A stretch of DNA of 59,759 bases from Kiritimatiellales bacterium (GTDB lineage Bacteria; Patescibacteriota; Gracilibacteria; Peribacterales; Peribacteraceae). Both the position numbers and the translations under genes were made by a program. Each line of letters opens with the position of its first letter. The stretch's first letter is position 1. The notes below the pieces were generated by a model that was not told the origin of the DNA, made no database searches, and saw only the letters and a program-made list of their open reading frames with translations. Where the stretch lies: NCBI GenBank assembly GCA_021734665.1, contig JAIPIN010000001.1, positions 1-59,759 on the forward strand. Direction: 5' to 3'. Shown piece after piece: positions 45,189 through 54,379 of this stretch.

Positions 45189-46319
45189 ATGAAGCATAAC
45201 ACACCTCTTGCCAGGCCAGATATTAATGAAGCCGATATAGAGGCCGTAGTCGCTGTACTTAAATCGTCTCGATTATCTTTGGGGCCAAAGTTGAATGAGT
45301 TTGAGCAGGATTTTGCATCATATATCGGGACAAAGCATGCCGTTGCAGTTAGCAGTGGTACAGCGGCATTGCATCTGTGTATTCGTGCGCTAGAAATAAA
45401 GGATGGTGATGAGGTGATTACTTCGCCATTCAGTTTTATCGCATCCAGCAATTGCATTCTATTTGAGCGTGCACAGCCCGTTTTTGTTGATGTGTTACCC
45501 GGTACATTGTGCATTGATCCGGCAAAGATAGAGGCTGCAATTACACCGAAGACGAAGGCAATTTTGGGGGTCGACATTTTGGGCTACTTGGCAGAATGGG
45601 ATGCTATTAAAGTAATTGCAGAGAAACATGGACTATTGTTGATTGAGGATAGCTGTGAAGCAATTGGTACTACTAAAGATGGTAAGTTATCGGGTACCTT
45701 TGCCGATTGCGGGGTTTTTGCATTCTATCCGAATAAGCAAATTACAACAGGCGAAGGGGGAATGGTTGTAACAGATGATGAAAAAATCGCTACTGCAGTT
45801 CGCTCAATGCGCAATCAAGGAAGAAACGAAGAGAGCAAGTTTCTTTCCCACGATAGACTTGGTTATAATTATCGTATTAGTGATATCAACTGTGCGCTTG
45901 GCATAAGCCAATTAAAGCGCTTACCTGAATTCATACAAAAACGTTCTGCTATCTTTGATTGGTATGAAGAGAGCTTGGCAACATTAGTAGATCTTGTTCG
46001 TACACCCATGCGACAGAGTGGCGTAGAGGTAAGTTGGTTTGTATATGTTGTGCATTTGGCAGATCGTTTTGGTGCCTCAGATCGCAATCATCTCATTTCA
46101 TACTTGAAAGAAAATGGCATTGGGTGCAATAAGTATTTTCCTTCTATTCACTTGCAATCTTTTTATAGAGATATGTTTGGATACAAAGAGGGGGCTTTTC
46201 CAGTTTCAGAATCTGCTTCCTCGAGTGGGATAGCTTTGCCATTCTATTCAAATTTATCGCAGGAAGAAGTTGTTAATATTTGTAATGTATTACATAATGG
46301 CATAAATTCACTCTTATAA
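45189..46319 (+). CDS. DegT/DnrJ/EryC1/StrS-family sugar aminotransferase (PglE/LegC-like)
   Basis: LARPDINEADIEAV, VSSGTAALHL, YPNKQITTGEGG (PLP lysine region). Confidence 0.88.
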   Translation: MKHNTPLARPDINEADIEAVVAVLKSSRLSLGPKLNEFEQDFASYIGTKHAVAVSSGTAALHLCIRALEIKDGDEVITSPFSFIASSNCILFERAQPVFVDVLPGTLCIDPAKIEAAITPKTKAILGVDILGYLAEWDAIKVIAEKHGLLLIEDSCEAIGTTKDGKLSGTFADCGVFAFYPNKQITTGEGGMVVTDDEKIATAVRSMRNQGRNEESKFLSHDRLGYNYRISDINCALGISQLKRLPEFIQKRSAIFDWYEESLATLVDLVRTPMRQSGVEVSWFVYVVHLADRFGASDRNHLISYLKENGIGCNKYFPSIHLQSFYRDMFGYKEGAFPVSESASSSGIALPFYSNLSQEEVVNICNVLHNGINSLL

Positions 46320-46325
46320 AGATAT

Positions 46326-47369
46326 ATGTCTTCTTTTTTCCATGACAAGACTGTACTAATAACTGGCGCAACTGGCTCGGTCGGTTCCGAGGTTACCAAG
46401 CAGATTCTTGCTTTGCAGCCGGCAGCTGTACGTCTATTTTCACGTGATGAGCATAAGCAATATTTATTACAACGAGAGCTTGAGAGCATGGGGCACAAAG
46501 ATATTCGGTCTCTTTTGGGTGATATTCGTGATTATCCTAGGCTTTTACGCGCCTTAGAGGGCGTAGATTATGTGTTTCATTGTGCTGCGTACAAACATGT
46601 CCCTTTCTGCGAATACAATTCATTTGAGGCGGTAAAAACGAATGTAGTAGGAACACAAAACATTATTGATGCCGCCATTACACAAGAAGTTGAGCGAGTT
46701 CTTTTGGTTAGCACAGACAAGGCCGCCAGCCCCTCCAGCGTAATGGGGGCAACAAAACTTCTGGCAGAAAAACTTATGACTTCTGCCATGTATGCTGCAG
46801 GTACGCGCCCAATTCGTTTTGCCAGTGTCCGCTTTGGAAACGTATTGGCTTCCCGTGGATCCGCACTTCCATTGTTCTGCGATCAAATACGCCAAGGAGG
46901 CCCAGTTACGATTACTGCAGAATCTATGGTGCGTTTTTTCATGTCCATTCCTCAGGCTGTTACGCTTACCCTACGTTCTATGGAGCGCATGGAGGGAGGG
47001 GAGCTCTTTATCCTTAAAATGCCTGTGATTGTACTTGGTGATCTTATTGATGTTCTTATTGAGGAAGTGGCACCACGCTATGGTAAAGACCCCGCAAGTA
47101 TTGAGAAAAAAATTATTGGAATTCGCCCAGGTGAAAAGATGTCTGAGCTGCTTATGACAAAGGAGGAGTCTCAGTATGCCGTGGAGGAAGAGGATGTTTT
47201 TGTTGTTCGTTCTCCCATTCTTCTCCCTAACAGGGAGTTCGCTTCTCATATAAACAATCCTCAATTGGCTGATTACGACTCTGCGCAGCTTCCGCCTCTT
47301 TCTAAAGAGGAAATTAGGAAGTTGCTTACGGGTATTTTGGAAAAGTATCTTGAGCAGGTCAATAGATAG
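46326..47369 (+). CDS. short-form UDP-GlcNAc 4,6-dehydratase (Polysacc_synt_2; PseB/PglF-like paralog)
   Basis: VLITGATGSVGSE, FSRDEHKQ, GDIRD, HCAAYKHVPFCEYN, STDKAASP..GATK. Confidence 0.8.
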   Translation: MSSFFHDKTVLITGATGSVGSEVTKQILALQPAAVRLFSRDEHKQYLLQRELESMGHKDIRSLLGDIRDYPRLLRALEGVDYVFHCAAYKHVPFCEYNSFEAVKTNVVGTQNIIDAAITQEVERVLLVSTDKAASPSSVMGATKLLAEKLMTSAMYAAGTRPIRFASVRFGNVLASRGSALPLFCDQIRQGGPVTITAESMVRFFMSIPQAVTLTLRSMERMEGGELFILKMPVIVLGDLIDVLIEEVAPRYGKDPASIEKKIIGIRPGEKMSELLMTKEESQYAVEEEDVFVVRSPILLPNREFASHINNPQLADYDSAQLPPLSKEEIRKLLTGILEKYLEQVNR

Positions 47370-47375
47370 ATTTTC

Positions 47376-48836
47376 CTATTGTGAGAATTTTCGCTGTATT
47401 GCTTGTGCAATTTTGTCACCCAAGATTTCTGCTCGGTCTTTTCTTATAGCTTTCTCGTTCGGCCCAGAAATGACATCTTCGTAATACGTACCGGTTTCTT
47501 GCACTGCTCTAAGGAATAGGCGCATATCTCTAAGACTTGGGCGTTCCTTCTTTTTTAAAATTTTTTCCATTGCTTGCTCACAATCTCTGACAGTGCGGAT
47601 CATATGTACCCCTGGAGCATATTGGTAGAAACGATGACCGAACATCAGTACAGGCACTCCGCGGAATAGCCCCTCCAGTCCGGCCGTTCCAGTGGCAGTT
47701 GCAATAGCAACCGCATTTTTTGTCAGAGTAAATGTATCTAATTTTTTTGGCACAAAAGTTACTGTTGGGATCGATAGTAACGATTGATAGAATTCTTTAC
47801 TTCGCATTCTTTCTCCTTGGCAAGGATGTTCTTTCACGTAGATTGAAATGTCTGGTGGCATACACCAGGCCAATAGTTGAATAATGCGTTCTTGGTCAAT
47901 AAAAGCTCCTGCCATAGGTGAGGTGGTGGCTTCTGGTTGCAGATGCAAAGGAACGTAAATATATGGCTTATTGAGATCGGGTATTTTTGCAGTTCTATCA
48001 TAGAACTTCGCAGTGTTGTGCTGGTTAATTTTTCGTCTCCAAAATGTGGGAGAAATGATGCAAGAGACAAACATCCCCGTTCTTTTTAGAAGAATCTTTA
48101 TGGCCACATAAACCCACTTACTTATAAACCCTTTTTGTTGCATTTGGTCTTTAAATTGCTCCATGTACCATGGTTCTGCATCTCGTTCCGTTTGAGCCAA
48201 AAAGTGCTTTTCATACTTCTTATCAAGGGGGATTTGTTTTTTTGGATCGCCATATTCTTCCTGTAACTTACTCAACCGTTCTCCCAGCTCTCTGCTTGAT
48301 TCTTCCCAATCATCTATGATGAAGAAGGTATCAAAAGAGCATGTACGCTCTATCATGAGTATGGGAATGTCTTTTAGCTTGCACAAGTTATACAGAACGT
48401 AGTCGTAACACTGGTGGGGGATGTGGTACATCAAAAGCAGGTCTATTTTTTTGGTTGCCAAGATATGATTCCAAAACCTCAGGTGATCAAAATATTGTCG
48501 TTTCCGTTCTTCGTATAAGAGGTTTTCTTGCGTGTCATATCGTTCAATCATCGTGAAGAAAACCGCTTCGCTGTGGCGCATTTTCTCAATGATTGCTTCA
48601 TCCAGTGGGGTAATGGTATTCCAGTCAATTCTCGGATACTGCCCTGCCCGCTGTGCCTTGGCATCAATCCAAATGTGTTCGTCTGCCTGCAAATTTGGCA
48701 ACAAGGATTTTGTATCTGCTATAGAAATACACGTATGTATTTTTCGTTCTCCCAATGCTTTCTCTAGGGTTATTTTATCGTCAATAACTCCGTCGAATGA
48801 CTTCACGATAATATTCATATCGGTAGTATGCCGCAT
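47376..48836 (-). CDS. capsule-polysaccharide-biosynthesis (KpsS/KpsC-like) family protein, putative ulosonate transferase, paralog 2
   Basis: 486 aa; YIYVPLHLQPEATT, VKEHP, TATGTAGLEGLF; collinear similarity to 41294..42802 over the whole length. Confidence 0.45.
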   Translation of the reverse strand: MRHTTDMNIIVKSFDGVIDDKITLEKALGERKIHTCISIADTKSLLPNLQADEHIWIDAKAQRAGQYPRIDWNTITPLDEAIIEKMRHSEAVFFTMIERYDTQENLLYEERKRQYFDHLRFWNHILATKKIDLLLMYHIPHQCYDYVLYNLCKLKDIPILMIERTCSFDTFFIIDDWEESSRELGERLSKLQEEYGDPKKQIPLDKKYEKHFLAQTERDAEPWYMEQFKDQMQQKGFISKWVYVAIKILLKRTGMFVSCIISPTFWRRKINQHNTAKFYDRTAKIPDLNKPYIYVPLHLQPEATTSPMAGAFIDQERIIQLLAWCMPPDISIYVKEHPCQGERMRSKEFYQSLLSIPTVTFVPKKLDTFTLTKNAVAIATATGTAGLEGLFRGVPVLMFGHRFYQYAPGVHMIRTVRDCEQAMEKILKKKERPSLRDMRLFLRAVQETGTYYEDVISGPNEKAIRKDRAEILGDKIAQAIQRKFSQ

Positions 48837-48857
48837 TTCCCTTTTCCTGTTTAGTAA

Positions 48858-49913
48858 TTACTCAATAAGCTCCCATGAAAGCGGAGTACCGCGTTCGATG
48901 GTTTTCTTGGCAATTTTTCGCAAGACATGCGGCAATTCCTTCGGTGGCAGTCCGTTTCCTGGGCGAATGGAACGTACGTTCTTTTCGTTCAGACCTTCTC
49001 CTTTTGCAATATCTTCAACTGCAAAAATGGAACGACGGAAGATGCGGCTTGCTTGCTCTTTTTCCGAGATATCATATGTCACTTGATCTGCAGGAGCTTT
49101 GGTAGAGATATCTGTGATATTACGTATGGCATCTACCATCTGTTTAAATTCCTGTGGTTCTAGAGAGAATGCACTATCTGGGCCTTCATCATTATGAGAA
49201 AGTGTGAAATGTTTTTCTACAATGCATGCGCCCAATTTTACTGCTGCCACTGCCACTTCTGTACCAAGAGTATGATCAGATAGACCAATTGGAATATTTA
49301 GTTTGGTTCTAAGGTCCGGTATTTTTTGAAGATTCATATCTTCTGGGAGTGCAGGATATGCACTTGTGCATTGTAATAGTGCAATTTCGTTGGCGCCTGC
49401 ATTTCGAGCGGTTTCTACCGCTTCTTTAATCTCTTCAAGCGTCGCCATTCCTGTAGACATGATCATTGGTTTTCCCTTAGATGCGACATTTTCGATTAAG
49501 GGAAGATCTGTGAGTTCGAATGATGCAATCTTGTATGCCGGCACAGCCATTTTCTCTAAGAAATCGACTGATGTACTGTCGAATGGGGTGGAAAAGAGAT
49601 CAATCCCCAGATTTTCTGCTTCCACTTTGAGCTTCGGCTGCCACTCCCATGGCATATATGCCTCTTGATAGAGATCGTAGAGAGTTCTGCCTTCCCAAAT
49701 CGTACCCTTTCCAATCTTGAACTCTTCACGATCACAATCAATCGTCATTGTATCTGGTGTATAGGTTTGTAGTTTGACTGCATCAGCACCGGAGTCCTTC
49801 ATCGCATGAATAATCTCTACAGCTCTATCGTAATTTTGTCCGTGATTTGCAGAAAGTTCTGCAATTATGTACACGGGATTGTTGGAGCCTATATTGTGAT
49901 TACCGATTTTCAT
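48858..49913 (-). CDS. pseI: pseudaminic acid synthase
   Basis: VYIIAELSANHGQNYDRAVEIIHAMKDSGADAVKLQTY, LSDHT, VEKHFT, C-terminal SAF domain; operon context with pseBCGH. Confidence 0.88.
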   Translation of the reverse strand: MKIGNHNIGSNNPVYIIAELSANHGQNYDRAVEIIHAMKDSGADAVKLQTYTPDTMTIDCDREEFKIGKGTIWEGRTLYDLYQEAYMPWEWQPKLKVEAENLGIDLFSTPFDSTSVDFLEKMAVPAYKIASFELTDLPLIENVASKGKPMIMSTGMATLEEIKEAVETARNAGANEIALLQCTSAYPALPEDMNLQKIPDLRTKLNIPIGLSDHTLGTEVAVAAVKLGACIVEKHFTLSHNDEGPDSAFSLEPQEFKQMVDAIRNITDISTKAPADQVTYDISEKEQASRIFRRSIFAVEDIAKGEGLNEKNVRSIRPGNGLPPKELPHVLRKIAKKTIERGTPLSWELIE

Positions 49914-50377
49914 TTAGCTTTAATAAAATGTAGTGCGGGATATCCATCTATTTCAGTTTTTAATGATTCTTCGAATCCTGCCTTTTTAAATACTACTATT
50001 GATGCTGCATTATCTGGTTTGATATATGCGTCTATAAGCATTGTATTAGTTGTAGAGAATAATCGATTGCAGCCTATCATGATTAATTCAGTGCCCAAGC
50101 TTTTTCCGCGCTGAGCAGGATCTATGCTTACAGAAATTGTTGCTTTTGAATCTTCCATATCAAATCGCACTTGTCCAATTGGCTCACCTGCATTTTCTGC
50201 AATAAAAATATGACACTGATCATCAGCCAACTTAGCTGCAAACCAGTTTTCATGATCTTCCCATGCAATTGGATCTTGATAAAATGATGCGGAACGAACT
50301 ATAGGATCATTTGCCCATTCCCATAGCATGCGAGAATCCTCTTGTATGGCCGATCGTAACTGAAGAGATGGTGACAT
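49910..50377 (-). CDS. pseH: GNAT N-acetyltransferase, PseH-like
   Basis: 155 aa; LRSAIQEDSRMLWEWANDP N-terminus and GNAT core (QRGKSLGTELI); ATGA overlap with pseI. Confidence 0.7.
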   Translation of the reverse strand: MSPSLQLRSAIQEDSRMLWEWANDPIVRSASFYQDPIAWEDHENWFAAKLADDQCHIFIAENAGEPIGQVRFDMEDSKATISVSIDPAQRGKSLGTELIMIGCNRLFSTTNTMLIDAYIKPDNAASIVVFKKAGFEESLKTEIDGYPALHFIKAK

Positions 50378-50381
50378 TCAC

Positions 50382-51398
50382 TTAGGATAGTAAACGGGTA
50401 AGCACTCTTTCAACTCCCTTGCCATCTACCAAGCTATGACCTTTTTCACTCATGTTCTTACGGCGAGTTTTATTAATCAAAATATCCCTAATAGAAGCCA
50501 GAATCTCATCATCACTACATTTGTCTATGCGCCCAAGTGATTCCACTACTTCTTTTTGCCCCAAGTCTTCTACAACCTTGCGTTGATTTTCAAAAAGCTC
50601 GAATAATATCGTTGGAACTCCCATGTATGCGAGCTCATAAGAAGTTGTTCCTCCTGCTGCAATTGCTAGATCAGTTTGCATCATAAGTTCTGGCATATTT
50701 TGCGCATCAACAATCACATTCATGCTACTTGCTGCAGATGCAATGCTCTCTTTGTGCTTATTCGCACTACCAATAACAACTGTAACGTCTATTTCTAGAT
50801 CAGATGACTGCAATAATTCCACAATACGCTGTGTCATATTGTTAGTATCTCCTCCGCCAAGTGAGATCAGAATTTTTTTTGCAGTATCTGGTATTTCATG
50901 ATGTGGATTGCACTTGCGGAATTCGCGTCGTAGCAAAACATACTCGCATCCCAGCAAAAGATCTGATCCATTCATGCGATTGGCATACATAGATGTACAC
51001 TCTGGTGCGTACGAATTCTGATTCAGAATAATTTTTGCACTATATTCATGTGCATGACCGTAATCATCAAAGATAAGAAAATCTACTTCGGAACTTTTTA
51101 GTGCACGCTGGTAATTATCTGCAAAGTCATACCCATCAACTACGCATTTGGCATCCAGCTCTTTTACAAGATTTGCTGTTTCTTGTGCATCTTCAATAGA
51201 TGCGCGATTAGAGGAAAGCTCTCGTACTTCACACTCTGCTTCCATGAATCGTTCTTTGAGCTTTTCTGCACCTGGAATCATGAGAAATATCGGCTTATGC
51301 CCTGCGTCGTGAGCTGCTTGTGCTAGTGCAAAACATCGCATCGCATGACCTGTACCTATTTCTGAATTTGCATCTGTACGAAAAAGAATAGTGTTCAT
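50382..51398 (-). CDS. pseG: UDP-2,4-diacetamido-2,4,6-trideoxy-beta-L-altropyranose hydrolase
   Basis: ILFRTDANSEIGTGHAMRCFALAQA N-terminus typical of PseG; GT-B-like C-terminal half. Confidence 0.8.
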   Translation of the reverse strand: MNTILFRTDANSEIGTGHAMRCFALAQAAHDAGHKPIFLMIPGAEKLKERFMEAECEVRELSSNRASIEDAQETANLVKELDAKCVVDGYDFADNYQRALKSSEVDFLIFDDYGHAHEYSAKIILNQNSYAPECTSMYANRMNGSDLLLGCEYVLLRREFRKCNPHHEIPDTAKKILISLGGGDTNNMTQRIVELLQSSDLEIDVTVVIGSANKHKESIASAASSMNVIVDAQNMPELMMQTDLAIAAGGTTSYELAYMGVPTILFELFENQRKVVEDLGQKEVVESLGRIDKCSDDEILASIRDILINKTRRKNMSEKGHSLVDGKGVERVLTRLLS

Positions 51399-52714
51399 AT
51401 TAATCTATGGAAATTGCTGTGGGCTTCTGGCCCTTTTAGTTTTGATTCCAAGCCCCCAGCAGATCTCGCTTCTTTAATTTCAATAAATACTTCTTTGACG
51501 GCTTTTAGATATGAATTAACATCCGAATTGGTATGGGCAAATGTAGGGTAAAAAGATCCAGTAGCTAAAAATCCTTTTTCCAGCATATTTTGAATAAATA
51601 AAGTTCGTGCCTTATTGGCATCTTCTCCTTCAAATGAAAAATGGCTAAGAGGATATATTCCTCCCACATTAATTTCGACATTAGTTTCAGCGGCAATCCT
51701 ATTCCATTCATTTTGCACAATTTTACCAATACGAATTAGGTGTTCATGAACTTTTCTATCTTTATGTTTTTTAATTGTGGCTAAAGCGGCAACGAAACCA
51801 ATGCTTTCTGTCCAATATGTAGAACTAATAAAAGTATCTTGCGCTGAATTCATTACTTGTTTTGTCCCCAATATCGCAGCCATTGGATATCCATTAGAAA
51901 TTCCTTTCGCAAATACTGCGATATCTGGATTAACACCAAAAAGCAAATGTGCTCCTCCGCAATTTAATCTAAAGCCAGATGATACTTCGTCAAAAATCAT
52001 TACTGCACCAATTCTGTCAGCGATTTTTCTTACTCCTTCCAAAAATCCTTCTTTAGGATCATCTCCACGGATAGGCTCCATTGCAATGACTCCAATTTCT
52101 GAATCGTTTTTTTCTACAATTCTTTCCAGTTCCTCCAAATGATTGTAATGGAAGGGGATAGCAGTTCCTTTAAGAGAGCGTGGTACACCCGCCGGTGCAA
52201 GTCCGGGTAGTAAGTGTCCGTCCAGCGCACTATTTTCACCGATGTTGGCTGCTAAGTACCAGTCATGCCAGCCGTGATATCCGCAAAAAGCAACTTTGTC
52301 TTTCCCACTTGCCGCCCTTGCAATTCTAATCGCTATAGACATAGCCTCTCCTCCGCACCTTGCATATCTGATCATATCTGACCAAGGGTGCAGTTCTAAT
52401 AAAAGTTCTGCTAGTTCAACTTCTTCGGGGCAATTAAGAGTGGACATGGTTCCTCTTTTGATAGCTTTTTTGATAGCTTTATCAACATCTTTATCTGCGG
52501 CTCCCAAAATACAAGCTCCCAGTGCGTTATAGCTCATATCAATGTATTTGTTTCCATCTAGGTCTGTTACTTTTACTCCCTTAACTTTTTTATAATAACT
52601 AGGCCACTGATCTGGTAAATACATTTCTGGACGTTTAGAAAGCAGTTGAGTACCTCCCGGAATAAGTTTTTTAGCTTGCCTGTAGAGATTCTGACCAGAA
52701 TGGTTCATATTCAA
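51395..52714 (-). CDS. class III aminotransferase (glutamate-1-semialdehyde aminomutase-like)
   Basis: AKKLIPGGTQLLSKRP, GGEAMSIAIRIARA, FDEVSSGFR, AKGISNGYP (PLP lysine). Confidence 0.8.
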   Translation of the reverse strand: MNMNHSGQNLYRQAKKLIPGGTQLLSKRPEMYLPDQWPSYYKKVKGVKVTDLDGNKYIDMSYNALGACILGAADKDVDKAIKKAIKRGTMSTLNCPEEVELAELLLELHPWSDMIRYARCGGEAMSIAIRIARAASGKDKVAFCGYHGWHDWYLAANIGENSALDGHLLPGLAPAGVPRSLKGTAIPFHYNHLEELERIVEKNDSEIGVIAMEPIRGDDPKEGFLEGVRKIADRIGAVMIFDEVSSGFRLNCGGAHLLFGVNPDIAVFAKGISNGYPMAAILGTKQVMNSAQDTFISSTYWTESIGFVAALATIKKHKDRKVHEHLIRIGKIVQNEWNRIAAETNVEINVGGIYPLSHFSFEGEDANKARTLFIQNMLEKGFLATGSFYPTFAHTNSDVNSYLKAVKEVFIEIKEARSAGGLESKLKGPEAHSNFHRLI

Positions 52715-52727
52715 GTTTAATTCTGAA

Positions 52728-53441
52728 TTAAAAAAATTTTGCTGGTTCTCGTTTAATCAGGAGTTCTGGTCTTTTGTTAAGAAGATCGAGTATTTCATTC
52801 ATTCCAAATATATTATTTCCAAACTCTTTATAAACTTCACGTACAAATAGCAAATCTGCTGGTTCGTCTACTGTCCATCTATAACGCGAGAGGTCCTTTG
52901 ATTGCTTTAAGTGTCCGAGTTTAAATTTATCTGTATTTTTGTAAAGATATGGAGTTACATGTTCACGATCAAACAAGCTATTTGTTTCGTTATTAATCCT
53001 TTCTAGAATTTCAAAATTAAAAATTTCCGTATCAAGTCCATCAGGGTAGGTTCGCTCAACAGCATTCGTAACACAATCAAAATCGCCATTTTTATGCATA
53101 TCCATTGCGTTTCTGATAACAATTGGATCAACCAAAGGGCAATCTCCTGTTAATCGTGTAATTATATCTGCATTATATGATATTGCAGCTTGATGATATC
53201 GGTCCAACACATCATCAAGGTTTCCACGATATTGTGGAATATCATTTGATTTGCAATAAATTGATACAGCATCATCAGAAGTTTCATTTGAAGTGGCAAT
53301 AATTACCTCATCAAAAACATTAGATGATACAGCTCTTTCCCAAACACGATGTATAAGGGCTTTTCCTGCAATATCTTTAAGTATCTTCCCTGGTAGTCGG
53401 GAAGATGACATTCTAGCTTGTATTATGGCAATTGTTCTCAT
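52728..53441 (-). CDS. pseF: cytidylyltransferase of the SpsF/PseF type (probable CMP-pseudaminate synthetase)
   Basis: IAIIQARMSSSRLPGKILKDIAGKALI N-terminus; position in the pse operon. Confidence 0.7.
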   Translation of the reverse strand: MRTIAIIQARMSSSRLPGKILKDIAGKALIHRVWERAVSSNVFDEVIIATSNETSDDAVSIYCKSNDIPQYRGNLDDVLDRYHQAAISYNADIITRLTGDCPLVDPIVIRNAMDMHKNGDFDCVTNAVERTYPDGLDTEIFNFEILERINNETNSLFDREHVTPYLYKNTDKFKLGHLKQSKDLSRYRWTVDEPADLLFVREVYKEFGNNIFGMNEILDLLNKRPELLIKREPAKFF

Positions 53442-54379
53442 CTTGTGGATCGTGCAGTGATTGCAATTTTCAAAGCTTCTTTTGCTTCACATAATGAGCT
53501 GAATGGTACTGTTTTTTGCTCTATTGTGTCCAGAAAATGACGGACTTCTTCTATATATATATGATTGAATTCGAAACCTATGGGTTCTTTGTAAGATTGA
53601 ACCAAGCCCCCCTCAAGATTGAATAGATCAACCTTTTTTTCATTTATATCCCATTTGATTACTCCTGTTTTGCCATTTATGGTGCAATTACGGTTGTATT
53701 CTGGTTCAGTGAAGCTTAAGTGTACTTTGCTGGTAGCTCCTGATCTGTGCTCTAACTCAAGATTTGCTGTTCCATCTACATCTGATAATCCAATTTCTTT
53801 TGCAGATTCTATGGATGATTCTTTAAGTTCTGCTGGGCCAAGGTACCATAGCGCCAGATCAATTTCGTGAATGCAATCTAGAATTACTCCGCCTTGATTA
53901 GGATCTGCACTATAACTTTTTTTATAGTCTTGATTGGGTCTCCAGTTGGGAAGATAGGAACCGGTATAAATTGATGCAATTTGTATTTCTCCAATCCTAT
54001 TTTCATCAATCAGTTTTTTTACAGTTGCAGGGCCATGATGAAAACGCATGTTGCATCCAACCATTGCTGTTAAGTTTTTTTCTTTGATCAAATCTGATAA
54101 TTCATTAACGTTGTTCATTGAATATGAAAGAGGTTTTTCTATAAATAGATGTGCACCAGATCTAGCTGCTTCAAGAGCCTGAGGTATATGGTGTTTTGTT
54201 GGACTGCATATGAATACTATTTCTGGCGATTCTTTTAGGGCTTCTTCAAATGAAGAGAAATCTTTATCCTTTATTTCATCATTTGGATCAGATATTAGAA
54301 CAGTTTCAACTCCTAGAGCTTTCAGGTTTTCTGCATGGCGTAAACCTATTGAGCCGGCACCGGATACAAGTATTTTCAT
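53438..54379 (-). CDS. Gfo/Idh/MocA-family NAD(P)-dependent oxidoreductase
   Basis: MKILVSGAGSIGLRHA Rossmann start, EKPL motif. Confidence 0.8.
   Translation of the reverse strand: MKILVSGAGSIGLRHAENLKALGVETVLISDPNDEIKDKDFSSFEEALKESPEIVFICSPTKHHIPQALEAARSGAHLFIEKPLSYSMNNVNELSDLIKEKNLTAMVGCNMRFHHGPATVKKLIDENRIGEIQIASIYTGSYLPNWRPNQDYKKSYSADPNQGGVILDCIHEIDLALWYLGPAELKESSIESAKEIGLSDVDGTANLELEHRSGATSKVHLSFTEPEYNRNCTINGKTGVIKWDINEKKVDLFNLEGGLVQSYKEPIGFEFNHIYIEEVRHFLDTIEQKTVPFSSLCEAKEALKIAITARSTR

Noticed and set aside
45179-45577. Long antisense or overlapping ORFs such as 45179..45577, 54937..55449, 48532..49086, 16144..16587, 37698..38144, 5387..5734, 55319..55648
   Set aside because: Each is embedded opposite or out of frame within a CDS that has clear family motifs. 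Their products are low-complexity and have no start-site signals.
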